From positions 1-32,577 of the forward strand of contig CAUJEF010000145.1 of NCBI GenBank assembly GCA_963169515.1: a stretch of DNA of 32,577 bases. The letters are read 5' to 3'. The first letter of the stretch is position 1, and the number at the start of each line of letters is the position of its first letter. The notes beneath the pieces were generated by a model. It was not told the origin of the DNA and made no database searches. It worked only from the letters and a program-made list of their open reading frames with translations. Source of the DNA: Bdellovibrionota bacterium (GTDB taxonomy: Bacteria > Bdellovibrionota > Bdellovibrionia > Bdellovibrionales > JAEYZS01). The translations under genes were made by a program, and so were the position numbers. Of the stretch, positions 16,950 through 26,509 are shown in pieces.

Positions 16950-17669
16950 TTAAAATTTTAAGATCGAATTTAAAATTTCTTTTTGTACAGCGAATAGTGA
17001 TCTGCAACCCAAGAGCGCATGGTCAGTCATTTGATCCATCTGCGTTTTTGTAAATGCCCCTTTTTCTGCTGTCCCTTGAATTTCTACAAAATGCCCTGAC
17101 CCCATAACAACAAAGTTCATATCCACATCTACGCTTGAATCTTCTTGGTAATCCAAATCCAAGAGGATTTGCCCTTCACGCATTCCTACGCTCACGGCTG
17201 CGACGTAATCCTTGATGGGCATTTTTGAAATGATGTTTTGATCAATCAATTTTTGCAAGGCCAGTGTCAACGCGACGAAACCACCGGTAATTGATGCCGT
17301 GCGAGTGCCCCCATCGGCTTTGATTACATCACAATCCACCATGATAGAAATATCTGCCATTTGGTTTAAATTTGTGATCGATCGTAGCGAGCGTCCGATT
17401 AATCGGGAGATTTCTTGTGTGCGCCCGCCAGTAGCGGCCTTGTCACGTTTGATTCTTTGATGTGTCGATCTAGGCAGCATTCCATATTCAGCGGTTACCC
17501 AGCCTTGCTTTGTTCCATAAAGCCATTTGGGTATATTTTCTTCAACGGAGGCAGTGCAAATTACGCGTGTCTGCCCAAATTCGACAAGGACGCTGCCTTC
17601 TGCATGGGAAATAAAATTGGGAGTGATTCTTACCGGTCTTAGCTGGTCGTTGTTTCGATCTGTACGCAC
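16950..17669 (-). CDS. rph: Ribonuclease PH
   Basis: AEGSVL, GWVTAEYGMLPRST, RTQEISRLIGRSLR, DCDV..ADGGTRTASITG. Confidence 0.97.
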   Translation of the reverse strand: MRTDRNNDQLRPVRITPNFISHAEGSVLVEFGQTRVICTASVEENIPKWLYGTKQGWVTAEYGMLPRSTHQRIKRDKAATGGRTQEISRLIGRSLRSITNLNQMADISIMVDCDVIKADGGTRTASITGGFVALTLALQKLIDQNIISKMPIKDYVAAVSVGMREGQILLDLDYQEDSSVDVDMNFVVMGSGHFVEIQGTAEKGAFTKTQMDQMTDHALLGCRSLFAVQKEILNSILKF

Positions 17670-17681
17670 ATGGCCTCCGCG

Positions 17682-18422
17682 TTAGCGGCCAATATCCGTT
17701 AAGAAGCTATTTTTGTCCATTTTTTCTTTAAAATTTTTGATTCCTTTGGCCAGAACGGCAACAATACTTTTCTGGCCCTGGCGATCTTGCATCCATTTGC
17801 GTTCTTTCTTGTTGGAAATAAAACCCAACTCTACAAGTACTGATGGCATTGGAACATTGACAAGGACGTGAAAAGATTCTTGTTTAATTGGCCGATTGCG
17901 AACCTTCAGTTCTTGGCTCCAGTTTTTTTGAATAAAATCCGCAAATATTTGACTTCGATAACTGTCGCTGGTGCGTTTTAAATCGTGAATGATGGCAATG
18001 ACGTCATTTCGTCCAATTTTCTCTTCATTATTTGCTAAAAATAGGTTTTCGTCGTCGATGGACATCTGCGTTTGGAAATAGAACTCGGCCCCGCTCGCGT
18101 GGGGATCGCTCGAGCTATTTGTATGAATACTTAAAAAAAGATCTCCATTTGTTTTTTGAGCATTTTGGGATCTGCTTGAAAGGGATACGATTTCATCCCG
18201 CTCACGAGTTAGACTTACTTGATAATCGCTATCTTTGCTAAGCTCATCAGCCAGAAGGTGTGCGATTTCTAAGGTGATGTCAGATTCTCGAACACCCTCA
18301 CGGGTAGCCCCATGATCCGTGCCCCCATGGCCTGGGTCGATTACGATATGAAATGCAAACGTATTGCTTGCGAATATTGTTAAAGCTATGAAAAGACACC
18401 AAATTTGTTTTTTCCAGCTCAT
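17682..18422 (-). CDS. N-acetylmuramoyl-L-alanine amidase (Amidase_3)
   Basis: IDPGHGG.D, FLSIHTN, PSVLVELGFISN; signal peptide from ATG 18422. Confidence 0.92.
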   Translation of the reverse strand: MSWKKQIWCLFIALTIFASNTFAFHIVIDPGHGGTDHGATREGVRESDITLEIAHLLADELSKDSDYQVSLTRERDEIVSLSSRSQNAQKTNGDLFLSIHTNSSSDPHASGAEFYFQTQMSIDDENLFLANNEEKIGRNDVIAIIHDLKRTSDSYRSQIFADFIQKNWSQELKVRNRPIKQESFHVLVNVPMPSVLVELGFISNKKERKWMQDRQGQKSIVAVLAKGIKNFKEKMDKNSFLTDIGR

Positions 18423-18542
18423 GGTTATATTTTCGATATTTACCTGAAATTCCACAAGGTTCGCAAAGTGGATCTAAATAAAAGTCATAGGCAAAAATTT
18501 CCATTTTCTATTCGTTTGGGATGTGGCATACACATCCGACGT

Positions 18543-19670
18543 ATGAAAATTATAGTGATGACGTCTCGCGGTCTGGAAGACGCTCTTTTTGATGAGCTTA
18601 AGGACCTCGGGATAGCAAATCCCCTAAAAGGTCGGGGTTACATGGTGTTCGATGGCACTTGGAAAGATTGTTTCCATGTGAACCTCAATTCGCGGATTGC
18701 GACTCGCGTACTTTGGAATATTTTAAATTTTCGGGCTAAAAATCCTGTCGAGCTTTATAATCAGATAAAGGCTCACGACTTTACCCAATATATCAACCCG
18801 GATCAAGCGCTTGCCGTGGAAACGCATTCTCGAAGCGACCTTTTTACTGATTCTCGATTTGTTTCATTGAAGACAAAAGACGCAATCGTTGACCAGTTCC
18901 GAGAGAAATTTGAAATTCGTCCGGATGTTGATAAAAAAAATCCAGATTTGCATTTATTTATACGCGTGACGGATACAGAGTTCGAAGTGAGCATTAATAC
19001 TTCGGGCGACAGCTTATTTAAACGCGGTTATCGGGTTGAAACTGTTTTTGCACCAATGAAAGAACATTTGGCGGCGGGGCTTATTCGATACTCGGGTTGG
19101 AATCGCGAGATTCCCATTGTGGATCCAATGTGCGGGTCGGGTACGATTTTAATTGAGGCTGCGTTGCAAAAGTTAAATATTCCGCCGGGCAGTGGGCGTA
19201 AAAAATTTGGGTTTGAAAAATTAAAAACTTTCGACCGCTCATTGTGGGAAGAGGTTACTGGTAATTCCATGAAAGAAGAATTGTCAGAAATTCCTTTCAA
19301 ATTTTATGGCTATGACATTGACCGCAAGGCTATCTTGGCCGCTAAGGTAAATGCAGAAGAAGCGGGACTGGGTGAGCATATATTTTTTAAACGGCTGGCA
19401 ATTCAGGAACTCGAACCACCGACCGAGCATGGTATGTTGATTCTTAATCCGCCATACGGTGAGCGTTTGGACAATGACGAAAATCTTAGGGATGTTTACC
19501 GTGATCTCGGGTATGTGTTAAAAAATCGCTTTAAAGGTTGGACGTGTTGGGTAATGTCAGGACATCAAGAGCTTGCGACGTATATCGGTTTAAAATCGTC
19601 TCGCAAAATCCCTGTTTGGAACGGTCCAATTGAATGTCGCTTCTTAAAGTACGAAGTGCATTCAGTATAG
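18543..19670 (+). CDS. rlmL: THUMP-domain rRNA m2G methyltransferase (RlmL/YpsC type)
   Basis: SLFKRGYR, APMKEHLAA, DPMCGSGTILIEAA and NPPYGER; start reassigned to ATG 18543. Confidence 0.88.
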   Translation: MKIIVMTSRGLEDALFDELKDLGIANPLKGRGYMVFDGTWKDCFHVNLNSRIATRVLWNILNFRAKNPVELYNQIKAHDFTQYINPDQALAVETHSRSDLFTDSRFVSLKTKDAIVDQFREKFEIRPDVDKKNPDLHLFIRVTDTEFEVSINTSGDSLFKRGYRVETVFAPMKEHLAAGLIRYSGWNREIPIVDPMCGSGTILIEAALQKLNIPPGSGRKKFGFEKLKTFDRSLWEEVTGNSMKEELSEIPFKFYGYDIDRKAILAAKVNAEEAGLGEHIFFKRLAIQELEPPTEHGMLILNPPYGERLDNDENLRDVYRDLGYVLKNRFKGWTCWVMSGHQELATYIGLKSSRKIPVWNGPIECRFLKYEVHSV

Positions 19671-19702
19671 CCCAACATATATTGATCAGTTATAGATAAT
19701 TA

Positions 19703-19731
19703 TTGCCGGGCACATGGTCTGCGCGTAACAT
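19703..19731 (+). promoter_or_regulatory. Putative sigma70 promoter for cdd, leaderless arrangement
   Basis: TTGCCG-N17-TAACAT, ending 6 nt before ATG 19738. Confidence 0.5.
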
Positions 19732-19737
19732 GGTTGT

Positions 19738-20145
19738 ATGAAAATACCCGACAGAGTTCAAAAAGCTTACAGGAAAGCAAAGTTAGTAATCAAAAATGCA
19801 TACGCCCCCCATTCCCGTTTCAAGGTCGGAGCTTGTCTTGTCGATACTAAGGGCAAGCTATACACTGGGTGTAATGTTGAAAATTCAGCATTTGGATCAA
19901 CCATTTGTGCCGAGCGATTCGCAATTGGAAAAGCGGTGAGCGAAGGCAGTCGAAAATTCACAGATATATTGATTCTAGTTGAAGAAAGTAAAGCGTCGTA
20001 TCCGTGTGGAGCTTGTCGACAGGTTTTGGGTGAGTTCATGAAGTCAAACGCAAAAATTTGGGTAGCGACCCAAAAAGAAATTACAGATGTAAAAAAAATG
20101 GGTGATCTATTACCAAATGCTTACGGTCCCCGGAGGTTTAAGTAA
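19738..20145 (+). CDS. cdd: Cytidine deaminase (homotetrameric type)
   Basis: AYAPHS.F.VGA, GCNVEN, CAER, PCGACRQ. Confidence 0.95.
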   Translation: MKIPDRVQKAYRKAKLVIKNAYAPHSRFKVGACLVDTKGKLYTGCNVENSAFGSTICAERFAIGKAVSEGSRKFTDILILVEESKASYPCGACRQVLGEFMKSNAKIWVATQKEITDVKKMGDLLPNAYGPRRFK

Positions 20146-20279
20146 TGTCTGAAGACAAAACCGTCCGCTGGAAAGAAATGAATTGGAAAGAGCGACTAAA
20201 GTTCGTTCTGGGCGTGTTAATGGGCATAACTGTAAAGTATTATGATGATAAGCCCATCAAAAAAGAAGGGGACCGGTGA
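20145..20279 (+). CDS. Small hypothetical protein (44 aa) coupled to cdd; not in the ORF track
   Basis: TAATG overlap. Translates as MSEDKTVRWKEMNWKERLKFVLGVLMGITVKYYDDKPIKKEGDR and fills the gap to the metG stop. Confidence 0.5.
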   Translation: MSEDKTVRWKEMNWKERLKFVLGVLMGITVKYYDDKPIKKEGDR

Positions 20280-20280
20280 C

Positions 20281-21810
20281 CTAATCTTTAGTTTCTATCC
20301 TTGGAAATAATGGGTCACCTTTTTGGATCGCGGTCCCAGGCTTCAGGGCGCCCCATTTGCGGGCATCGTCGATTTCGAGTTCTTTATCCCAGCCCATACG
20401 GGTCAGAATTGCCTCCGTTTTTTGGGGCATTACGGGCGACAAGAGAATCGCAGAGATTCGAACCGCCTCAAGGCTATGGTACAAGCTTTCACCCGCGGCA
20501 GCTAAATTAGTTTTTGCGGATTTCCACGGAGCTGTCTCTTCAAGATACTTATTTGCTTCGTTTAATAAATCCACAATATGTCCGATAGCAAGATTTGGCG
20601 CCATTTTTTTAATTTCTGCTTTTACTTTGTCCGCCGTACCCATTCCGGTTTGAACTAAGCGCTTTGTTGCTTCGATATTTTGAGTATTTGCTGGAACTGA
20701 TCCATTGAAGTATTTTGTAATTAGCTGGGTCGTTCTGCTGAACAAATTTCCTAAATTATTTGCAAGCTCTGTATTCACGCGTGAAATCACAAGATCTTCT
20801 GAGAATTGGGCATCGTTACCCAAATGAATGTCACGGGTGAAAAAGTAACGAAGTCCATCTACGCCAACGACGTCCTTCATATCCAAGGGACTTATGGCCT
20901 TTCCCTTGGATTTGCTCATCTTTTCGTTTTCCTTTGTAAGCCACCATCCGTGTGCAAAAATCATTTTTGGAAGTGGCAGACCCAAAGCCATAAGCATCGT
21001 TGGCCAGTAAATGGAGTGGGTAATTAAAATATCTTTCCCAATCAAATGGACTGCGTCGGGCCAAAGTTCATTGAATTGATGTTCCTTGCCTTTTTGTTTT
21101 AGACCGATGCCGCTCACATAGTTGATAAGCGCATCAAACCAAACATACGTGACATAATCTCTGTCAAATGGGATTTCAATGCCCCAACTTAAGCGGGCCT
21201 TGGGGCGACTGATGCACAGATCTTCAAGTGGCTTTGCAAGGAAACCAAGAACTTCGTTTTTCCTGTAATCAGGCTGTATGAATGTTGGATTTTTATGAAT
21301 ATATTCGATCAACTGTTTTTGGTATTTTGACATTTTGAAGAAATAATTTTTTTCTTTTACGCGCTGGACTTCGTTTCCTTGCGGTGACTTTCCGTTCACC
21401 AGATCCTTTTCTGTGTAAAAAACCTCTTCGCTGACGGCATACCACCCTTCGTATTCCTGGATGTAAATGTCGCCTTTTTCGTGCAACTCTGTAAGACAGT
21501 CCTGGACGACTTTTTTATGGAATCCCATGGTTGTGCGAATAAAAAAATTATAATCAATTTCAAGTTCTTTCCAAATGTTTTCAAACCGTTTCGAAAGTTC
21601 GTCACAGTGCTGTTGCGGGGGAACTCCACGTGCGGCAGCAGCACGCTCCACTTTTTGTCCATGCTCGTCTGTTCCGGTAAGAAAAAATGTTTGCTCTTTG
21701 AAAAGCTTATGATAGCGGGTCAGTACATCGGCTACAATTGTTGTGTAGGCATGGCCGATATGTGGGACGTCGTTGACATAATAGATCGGCGTTGTGATGT
21801 AAAAACTCAT
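20281..21810 (-). CDS. metG: Methionine--tRNA ligase (short form, no C-terminal tRNA-binding domain)
   Basis: YITTPIYYVN, PHIGH, TGTDEHGQK, YVWFDAL, KMSKS. Confidence 0.97.
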   Translation of the reverse strand: MSFYITTPIYYVNDVPHIGHAYTTIVADVLTRYHKLFKEQTFFLTGTDEHGQKVERAAAARGVPPQQHCDELSKRFENIWKELEIDYNFFIRTTMGFHKKVVQDCLTELHEKGDIYIQEYEGWYAVSEEVFYTEKDLVNGKSPQGNEVQRVKEKNYFFKMSKYQKQLIEYIHKNPTFIQPDYRKNEVLGFLAKPLEDLCISRPKARLSWGIEIPFDRDYVTYVWFDALINYVSGIGLKQKGKEHQFNELWPDAVHLIGKDILITHSIYWPTMLMALGLPLPKMIFAHGWWLTKENEKMSKSKGKAISPLDMKDVVGVDGLRYFFTRDIHLGNDAQFSEDLVISRVNTELANNLGNLFSRTTQLITKYFNGSVPANTQNIEATKRLVQTGMGTADKVKAEIKKMAPNLAIGHIVDLLNEANKYLEETAPWKSAKTNLAAAGESLYHSLEAVRISAILLSPVMPQKTEAILTRMGWDKELEIDDARKWGALKPGTAIQKGDPLFPRIETKD

Positions 21811-22874
21811 TGGTTTTCATCGTCCTTTAGGCCGAGATGTTTCATTATTTGTTTAATCTGCCTGCGTATGCGTGGAAGGTGTCCCATGCTCGCAGTTGAT
21901 TTAAAGTGTTCTTTTAGGGGCAACAACGGGTAGCCGCCATAGGCGCCTGGTTTTGTAATGTCGCTCAGGACGGCTGCGCGGCCGCCCAAATGAACGTGAT
22001 CTGTAATTTTCAAATGTCCAGATATTGATGCGTGTCCACCGTAAACATTGTGGTCCCCAATTTCAGTTGAGCCGGCGAAAACGATACCCGAAACAAAAAG
22101 GCCGTGTTTACCAATCTTGCAATTGTGACCAACATGAACCATATTATCAATCTTGGTTCCTTCCTTGATTCGAGTTTCTTTAAATGTCGCACGGTCGATT
22201 GTGCAATTTGCTCCGATAAAGACCTTGTCTTCCAAAACGACAATTCCGCGTTGTGGGATACGGTGGTGCTGGCCCTTTTCATCTGTCGCAAAGCCGAACC
22301 CTTCGCTTCCAATTGTAGAGTTGGGCTTGATTTCGCAATTGTTGCCAATACGACAGCCAGAGCCCACAAAGACCAGCGGAAGAATTCTTGTGTTTGATCC
22401 AATGGTCACATTGGATTCGATAACCGAATTTGAACCAATCCAGGCGTTATCGCCTATGGTGACATTGTCGCCGGTTACAACATGAGCGTCGACTTTGGCA
22501 GATTTGGAAATTTTATTGTTTTTCCCAATTGTCGCGGTTGGGTGGATAGATTTTTCCTGAGGCGAGTACAATGGAAAAAATGTCTGAGCCGTCAAGGCCA
22601 ATGCCAGCTGTACGTTCTTGGAAACAAGCAAGGTTTTTGTGGTCTTTGATTCCACGGCTTTTTTGAATAAATCAGGGGTCAAAACGATAGCAGCTGCGTC
22701 ACTTTTCAAGGCTACCTCAAATAATTTTAGACTTGCCACAAACAGGAGAGAGTTTGGCTTTCCGTCTTCAGCGGGCGCTATATCGTCGATTTTTACGTTT
22801 GGATCGCCGTGAATTTCCCCAAATATCTGAGGGTTGGCCTTGGAAATTTCTAAACAGGTAATTGACGTAGACAT
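21807..22874 (-). CDS. lpxD: UDP-3-O-(3-hydroxyacyl)glucosamine N-acyltransferase
   Basis: Hexapeptide repeats, IGSEGFGF, IGANCTIDR, TKIDNMVHVGHN. Confidence 0.95.
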   Translation of the reverse strand: MSTSITCLEISKANPQIFGEIHGDPNVKIDDIAPAEDGKPNSLLFVASLKLFEVALKSDAAAIVLTPDLFKKAVESKTTKTLLVSKNVQLALALTAQTFFPLYSPQEKSIHPTATIGKNNKISKSAKVDAHVVTGDNVTIGDNAWIGSNSVIESNVTIGSNTRILPLVFVGSGCRIGNNCEIKPNSTIGSEGFGFATDEKGQHHRIPQRGIVVLEDKVFIGANCTIDRATFKETRIKEGTKIDNMVHVGHNCKIGKHGLFVSGIVFAGSTEIGDHNVYGGHASISGHLKITDHVHLGGRAAVLSDITKPGAYGGYPLLPLKEHFKSTASMGHLPRIRRQIKQIMKHLGLKDDENQ

Positions 22875-22929
22875 TCCTATTTTTTATGGCATATACAAGT
22901 TTTGTACAATAGTTTTCACCGGAGGTGAT

Positions 22930-23364
22930 ATGGCAAAAAGCAAAGAAAAGCCAAAAAAGGAAAAGGCTGTGAAAAGCGCAAAACCAGTAAAAGCTGAAAA
23001 GACGCCAAAAGTGAAAGCGGTCAAGGCTCCCGAGGCCATGCTAGCCCCTGCGACGCCCCCGGTTGCCAAAGAAGAAAAACCACCAAAAGTAAAAAAGCCT
23101 ACAAAAGCAGAGCTTGCAAAGGCAGCTCGTGCGCAAGCCCTCTCTGAAGAGGAGGCGCAGCTAGTAAAAAAATGGCAGAAGTTGCAAAAACAGTATGCTG
23201 AAGAAAAAGCCGAAAATTATGCGATTTCCGGATTTTTCGAAATTAAAACACCCCTCAGTCACAAGGTTCATGGGTGGGGTTTAGTTCTAAACCGCCGAGA
23301 AAATTACATCGATGTTATTTTTGAAACGGGAATGAAAACTCTTATTATTAATTACAAAGGTTAA
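22930..23364 (+). CDS. Hypothetical protein: Lys/Ala/Pro-rich N-terminus plus small SH3/Tudor-like C-domain
   Basis: GGAGG RBS before ATG 22930; C-terminal LSHKVHGWGLV....IDVIFETG.K.L. Confidence 0.7.
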   Translation: MAKSKEKPKKEKAVKSAKPVKAEKTPKVKAVKAPEAMLAPATPPVAKEEKPPKVKKPTKAELAKAARAQALSEEEAQLVKKWQKLQKQYAEEKAENYAISGFFEIKTPLSHKVHGWGLVLNRRENYIDVIFETGMKTLIINYKG

Positions 23365-23365
23365 T

Positions 23366-23584
23366 CTATTTCTGTCTGTACAGAATAAGACCGTGTGTTG
23401 GGTCGTAGGGTGATACACCCACGGTCACTTTGTCGCCGATCACAACTCGAATGTTAAACCGGCGCATTTTCCCGCAGAGTTTAGTGTTAATTGTCACGCC
23501 ATTTTCTAAAGTAACTTTGTAAATACCGCCGGCATTTGCTTCCACTACTTTACCTTCTAATTGTGCTAAATCGTCTCTGGACAT
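23366..23584 (-). CDS. infA: Translation initiation factor IF-1
   Basis: EGKVVE...V.LENG...GKMR..IRV..GDKV.V..SPYD...G.I.YR. Confidence 0.96.
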   Translation of the reverse strand: MSRDDLAQLEGKVVEANAGGIYKVTLENGVTINTKLCGKMRRFNIRVVIGDKVTVGVSPYDPTHGLILYRQK

Positions 23585-23710
23585 GACACCTCATATTGTG
23601 CTTGTTGTTATAATTCATATAAAAGCCACAATTTTGTCAACACAACCCCTGAATTATGGTTAAGATAATCAAATATTCTGCATTGTTTCTTAAAAACCAT
23701 TTAAAGAGAT

Positions 23711-26098
23711 ATGGCGCAACCAAAATTCCAAGATTTTCTAAAAACACTTTTACCTAAAGTTTCGTGGGAATCAGCCCAGGCTGTAATTGAGCTGCAGAAG
23801 CAAGGTGCAACTGTTCCATTTATTGCCCGCTATAGAAAAGAAAAGACCCGCAATCTCGATGAAGTGGCTGTGCGGGATGTGATTGATGCCCATGAAACCT
23901 TCAATGAATTGATTCAACGCCAGGCATTTATTCTTAAGGAAATCGAGTCCCAAGGGAACTTAACCCCTGAGTTAGCAAAACAGATTCTGTCCTCTATGGA
24001 TTTGGCCGAAATCGAAGAGATTTACCGTCCATACAAGAAAAAAAAGAAAACAAAAGCAAAACTGGCAAAAGAGGCCGGTATAGAACCGTTTGCAGATTGG
24101 GTTTGGGGTATTGGTCAGGGGACAAATTCAGAAACTACGGCGCTTGAAGTAAAGGCGAAAGAATTTTTGAATCCGACTGCGCAGTTTGCGACCTACCAAG
24201 AGGTACTCAAAGGTGCAGAAGACATTTTGATCGAACGTCTTATGAACGATCAAGATATTCGTGCATTCATTCGTATTCACTTAATGGAAAAAGGTACGAT
24301 CGTTTCTAAAAAAGGGAAAAAATATAAGGCTCACTCCAAATACGATATGTATTTGGATTTCAAGGAACTAATTAAGCGACTTTTTGATCAAAAAGCGTCT
24401 TATCGTTATATGGCAATGAAACGAGGATGGACAGAAGGGGAGCTCACGCTGTCTATTGTTGGCGAAGAGAATGTGCTGGAAAATCATCTAAGATCCCTCT
24501 GCGTGAAAAAAACAAAAACCCATGCAGAACCATTTTTCGATGGAATGATAAAAAATGCATTGGATTTGCACCTGATGCCATCAATCACAAACGAGATCCA
24601 TAAAAAATTAAAAGATGCAGCCGATGGACACGCCATCGAAGTGTTTGCAGAAAACGTAAATAAGATTTTATTGGCAAGTCCGTTTGGTTCCAAGTGTGTT
24701 TTGGGGATCGACCCCGGCTTGAAAACAGGGGCAAAAGTAGCTCTTGTAAATGCGGATGGAAGCTATGTCTCTCACACAGTATTGACAATTTTGGGGGATG
24801 CAGCTGAAGGCGAGGCCGAAAAACTATTCAAAGATCTTTTTGCAGCGATCAAAGTCGACGCCGTTGCTGTTGGGAATGGCACCGCAGGACGTGAGACCGA
24901 AGTGTTTATTCGAAAAGTTCTTAAAAAGCTCGACATCAATATTCCCGTTGCTATGGTTAATGAATCAGGTGCAAGTGTATACTCGGCTTCGGAAGTTGCG
25001 CGCGAAGAATTCCCGGACTTGGATCTGACAATTCGCGGAGCAATTTCGATCGCAAGGCGTTTGCAAGACCCGTTGGCAGAGCTTGTGAAAATCGATCCAC
25101 AGAGCATCGGTGTTGGACAATATCAACATGACGTTCCGCCAAACAGGCTAAAAAAATCTTTGGATGCCGTTGTTGAATCGAGCGTAAATAAGGTCGGGAT
25201 TGATTTGAATACGGCGTCCTCTTATTTATTGCAATATGTTTCTGGCATAGGTCCGTCGATTGCAAAAAACATTGTCGATCATCGCAAGCAAAATGGCTTG
25301 TTCAAAGAGCGGGACGAATTGCTTAAAATAAAAAATTTCTCAACGACAACCTTTGAACAGGCGGCAGGGTTTTTGCGCGTGCGCGGCGGCACCAATCTTT
25401 TGGATCAGACAGGAATTCATCCGGAAAGCTACAAGGCTTTGCGAGAGATGGCGCACGAGCTTCGTGCGACGCCCGCGTCCCTTATTGGTGAGGGGGCCAA
25501 GAAACTACTGCCATTGAAAGAAAAATGGGCCGAGCTTATCGGTGAATTTACTTTTAATGACATTCTTAAAGAACTTGAGACCCCAGGGCGCGATCCACGG
25601 GACTTGTTTAAGGTCTTTTCATTCCGGGATGATATTTTTGAAATGAAAGATCTTAAGGAACAAATGATTTGCCCTGGAATCGTTACCAACGTGACAAATT
25701 TTGGGGCATTCGTCGATATTGGGGTTCATCAAGATGGGCTGGTACATATTTCTGAATTAACCCATAATTTTGTCGATGATCCGCGGAAGGTTGTTAGCCC
25801 TGGTGATCAGGTCGAGGTCAAGGTATTAAAGATTGATCTTGAAAAGAAACAAATTTTTCTAACAATGAAACTTTCGGCCGCACCCATAGCAGCTCCGCGG
25901 CCGCGACCTCGGCCACAGTCCCAGTCTCAGACGCAAGCTCCTTCAAAAAATCGTTCGCACAAACCAGAGGACAAAAAGCAACAGTTTGATAAAAACAAAA
26001 AAGGCGGATTCAAACCGAAAGCCCAACCCCCTCGGCCCCCAAAGCCAGCTTTTAATAATCCGTTTGCAGCCCTGGCAGATTTAAAAGTGAAGAAGTAG
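23711..26098 (+). CDS. tex: Tex-family RNA-binding transcriptional accessory protein
   Basis: GATVPFIARYRKE, LGIDPG, VNESGASVYSAS, SIARRLQDPLAELVKI, HhH motifs, and S1 domain TNVTNFGAFVDIGVHQDGLVHIS. Confidence 0.95.
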   Translation: MAQPKFQDFLKTLLPKVSWESAQAVIELQKQGATVPFIARYRKEKTRNLDEVAVRDVIDAHETFNELIQRQAFILKEIESQGNLTPELAKQILSSMDLAEIEEIYRPYKKKKKTKAKLAKEAGIEPFADWVWGIGQGTNSETTALEVKAKEFLNPTAQFATYQEVLKGAEDILIERLMNDQDIRAFIRIHLMEKGTIVSKKGKKYKAHSKYDMYLDFKELIKRLFDQKASYRYMAMKRGWTEGELTLSIVGEENVLENHLRSLCVKKTKTHAEPFFDGMIKNALDLHLMPSITNEIHKKLKDAADGHAIEVFAENVNKILLASPFGSKCVLGIDPGLKTGAKVALVNADGSYVSHTVLTILGDAAEGEAEKLFKDLFAAIKVDAVAVGNGTAGRETEVFIRKVLKKLDINIPVAMVNESGASVYSASEVAREEFPDLDLTIRGAISIARRLQDPLAELVKIDPQSIGVGQYQHDVPPNRLKKSLDAVVESSVNKVGIDLNTASSYLLQYVSGIGPSIAKNIVDHRKQNGLFKERDELLKIKNFSTTTFEQAAGFLRVRGGTNLLDQTGIHPESYKALREMAHELRATPASLIGEGAKKLLPLKEKWAELIGEFTFNDILKELETPGRDPRDLFKVFSFRDDIFEMKDLKEQMICPGIVTNVTNFGAFVDIGVHQDGLVHISELTHNFVDDPRKVVSPGDQVEVKVLKIDLEKKQIFLTMKLSAAPIAAPRPRPRPQSQSQTQAPSKNRSHKPEDKKQQFDKNKKGGFKPKAQPPRPPKPAFNNPFAALADLKVKK

Positions 26099-26158
26099 GG
26101 GCGGGTTTGTTCCTAATGAGGCTTTTTAAAAATGCATCTTCAATAGATGCTAATTGCA

Positions 26159-26509
26159 TTACTTTGGAAAGTATAAGAGTTCTTCCGATTGAAAATCGTA
26201 AAGTGCTACAGGCGTTGGACCTTGCTTAATTTCTCGGATGTATAAACGGTTCGACAAAAAATCAACATAGGCGTGTTGGGATAAAATTCTTTGTTTTTGA
26301 TTTGTGGACTTGTCACTTATGGTAATTTCATTTGAACCAAGGCCGTAGTTCCCATCAAGGGTTCCTACCCCAGCTTCCGGTGCCTTGATGGTCACGCATT
26401 TGGTTTTTCCGCAGCTAAACAAAATGAATCCTGTGATCTTAGATGCAGAAAATGTTGAGATAGAAAAAATTAGGGGGGCTATTAGCCCCCCTATAAATAT
26501 CAGTTTCAT
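26159..26509 (-). CDS. Small secreted hypothetical protein
   Basis: TAATG overlap with the upstream lipoprotein stop; signal-peptide-like N-terminus; Cys pair. Confidence 0.6.
   Translation of the reverse strand: MKLIFIGGLIAPLIFSISTFSASKITGFILFSCGKTKCVTIKAPEAGVGTLDGNYGLGSNEITISDKSTNQKQRILSQHAYVDFLSNRLYIREIKQGPTPVALYDFQSEELLYFPK
26463..26493 (-). terminator. Intrinsic terminator-like hairpin just after the lipoprotein stop, inside the next ORF
   Basis: Perfect 10-bp stem TAGGGGGGCT-AAT-AGCCCCCCTA followed by ATTTTTTC on the minus strand. Confidence 0.65.

Noticed and set aside
18519..18537. Hairpin GGATGTG-N5-CACATCC just before the rlmL start
   Set aside because: Single 7-bp stem with no U-tract or second copy; no function can be supported.
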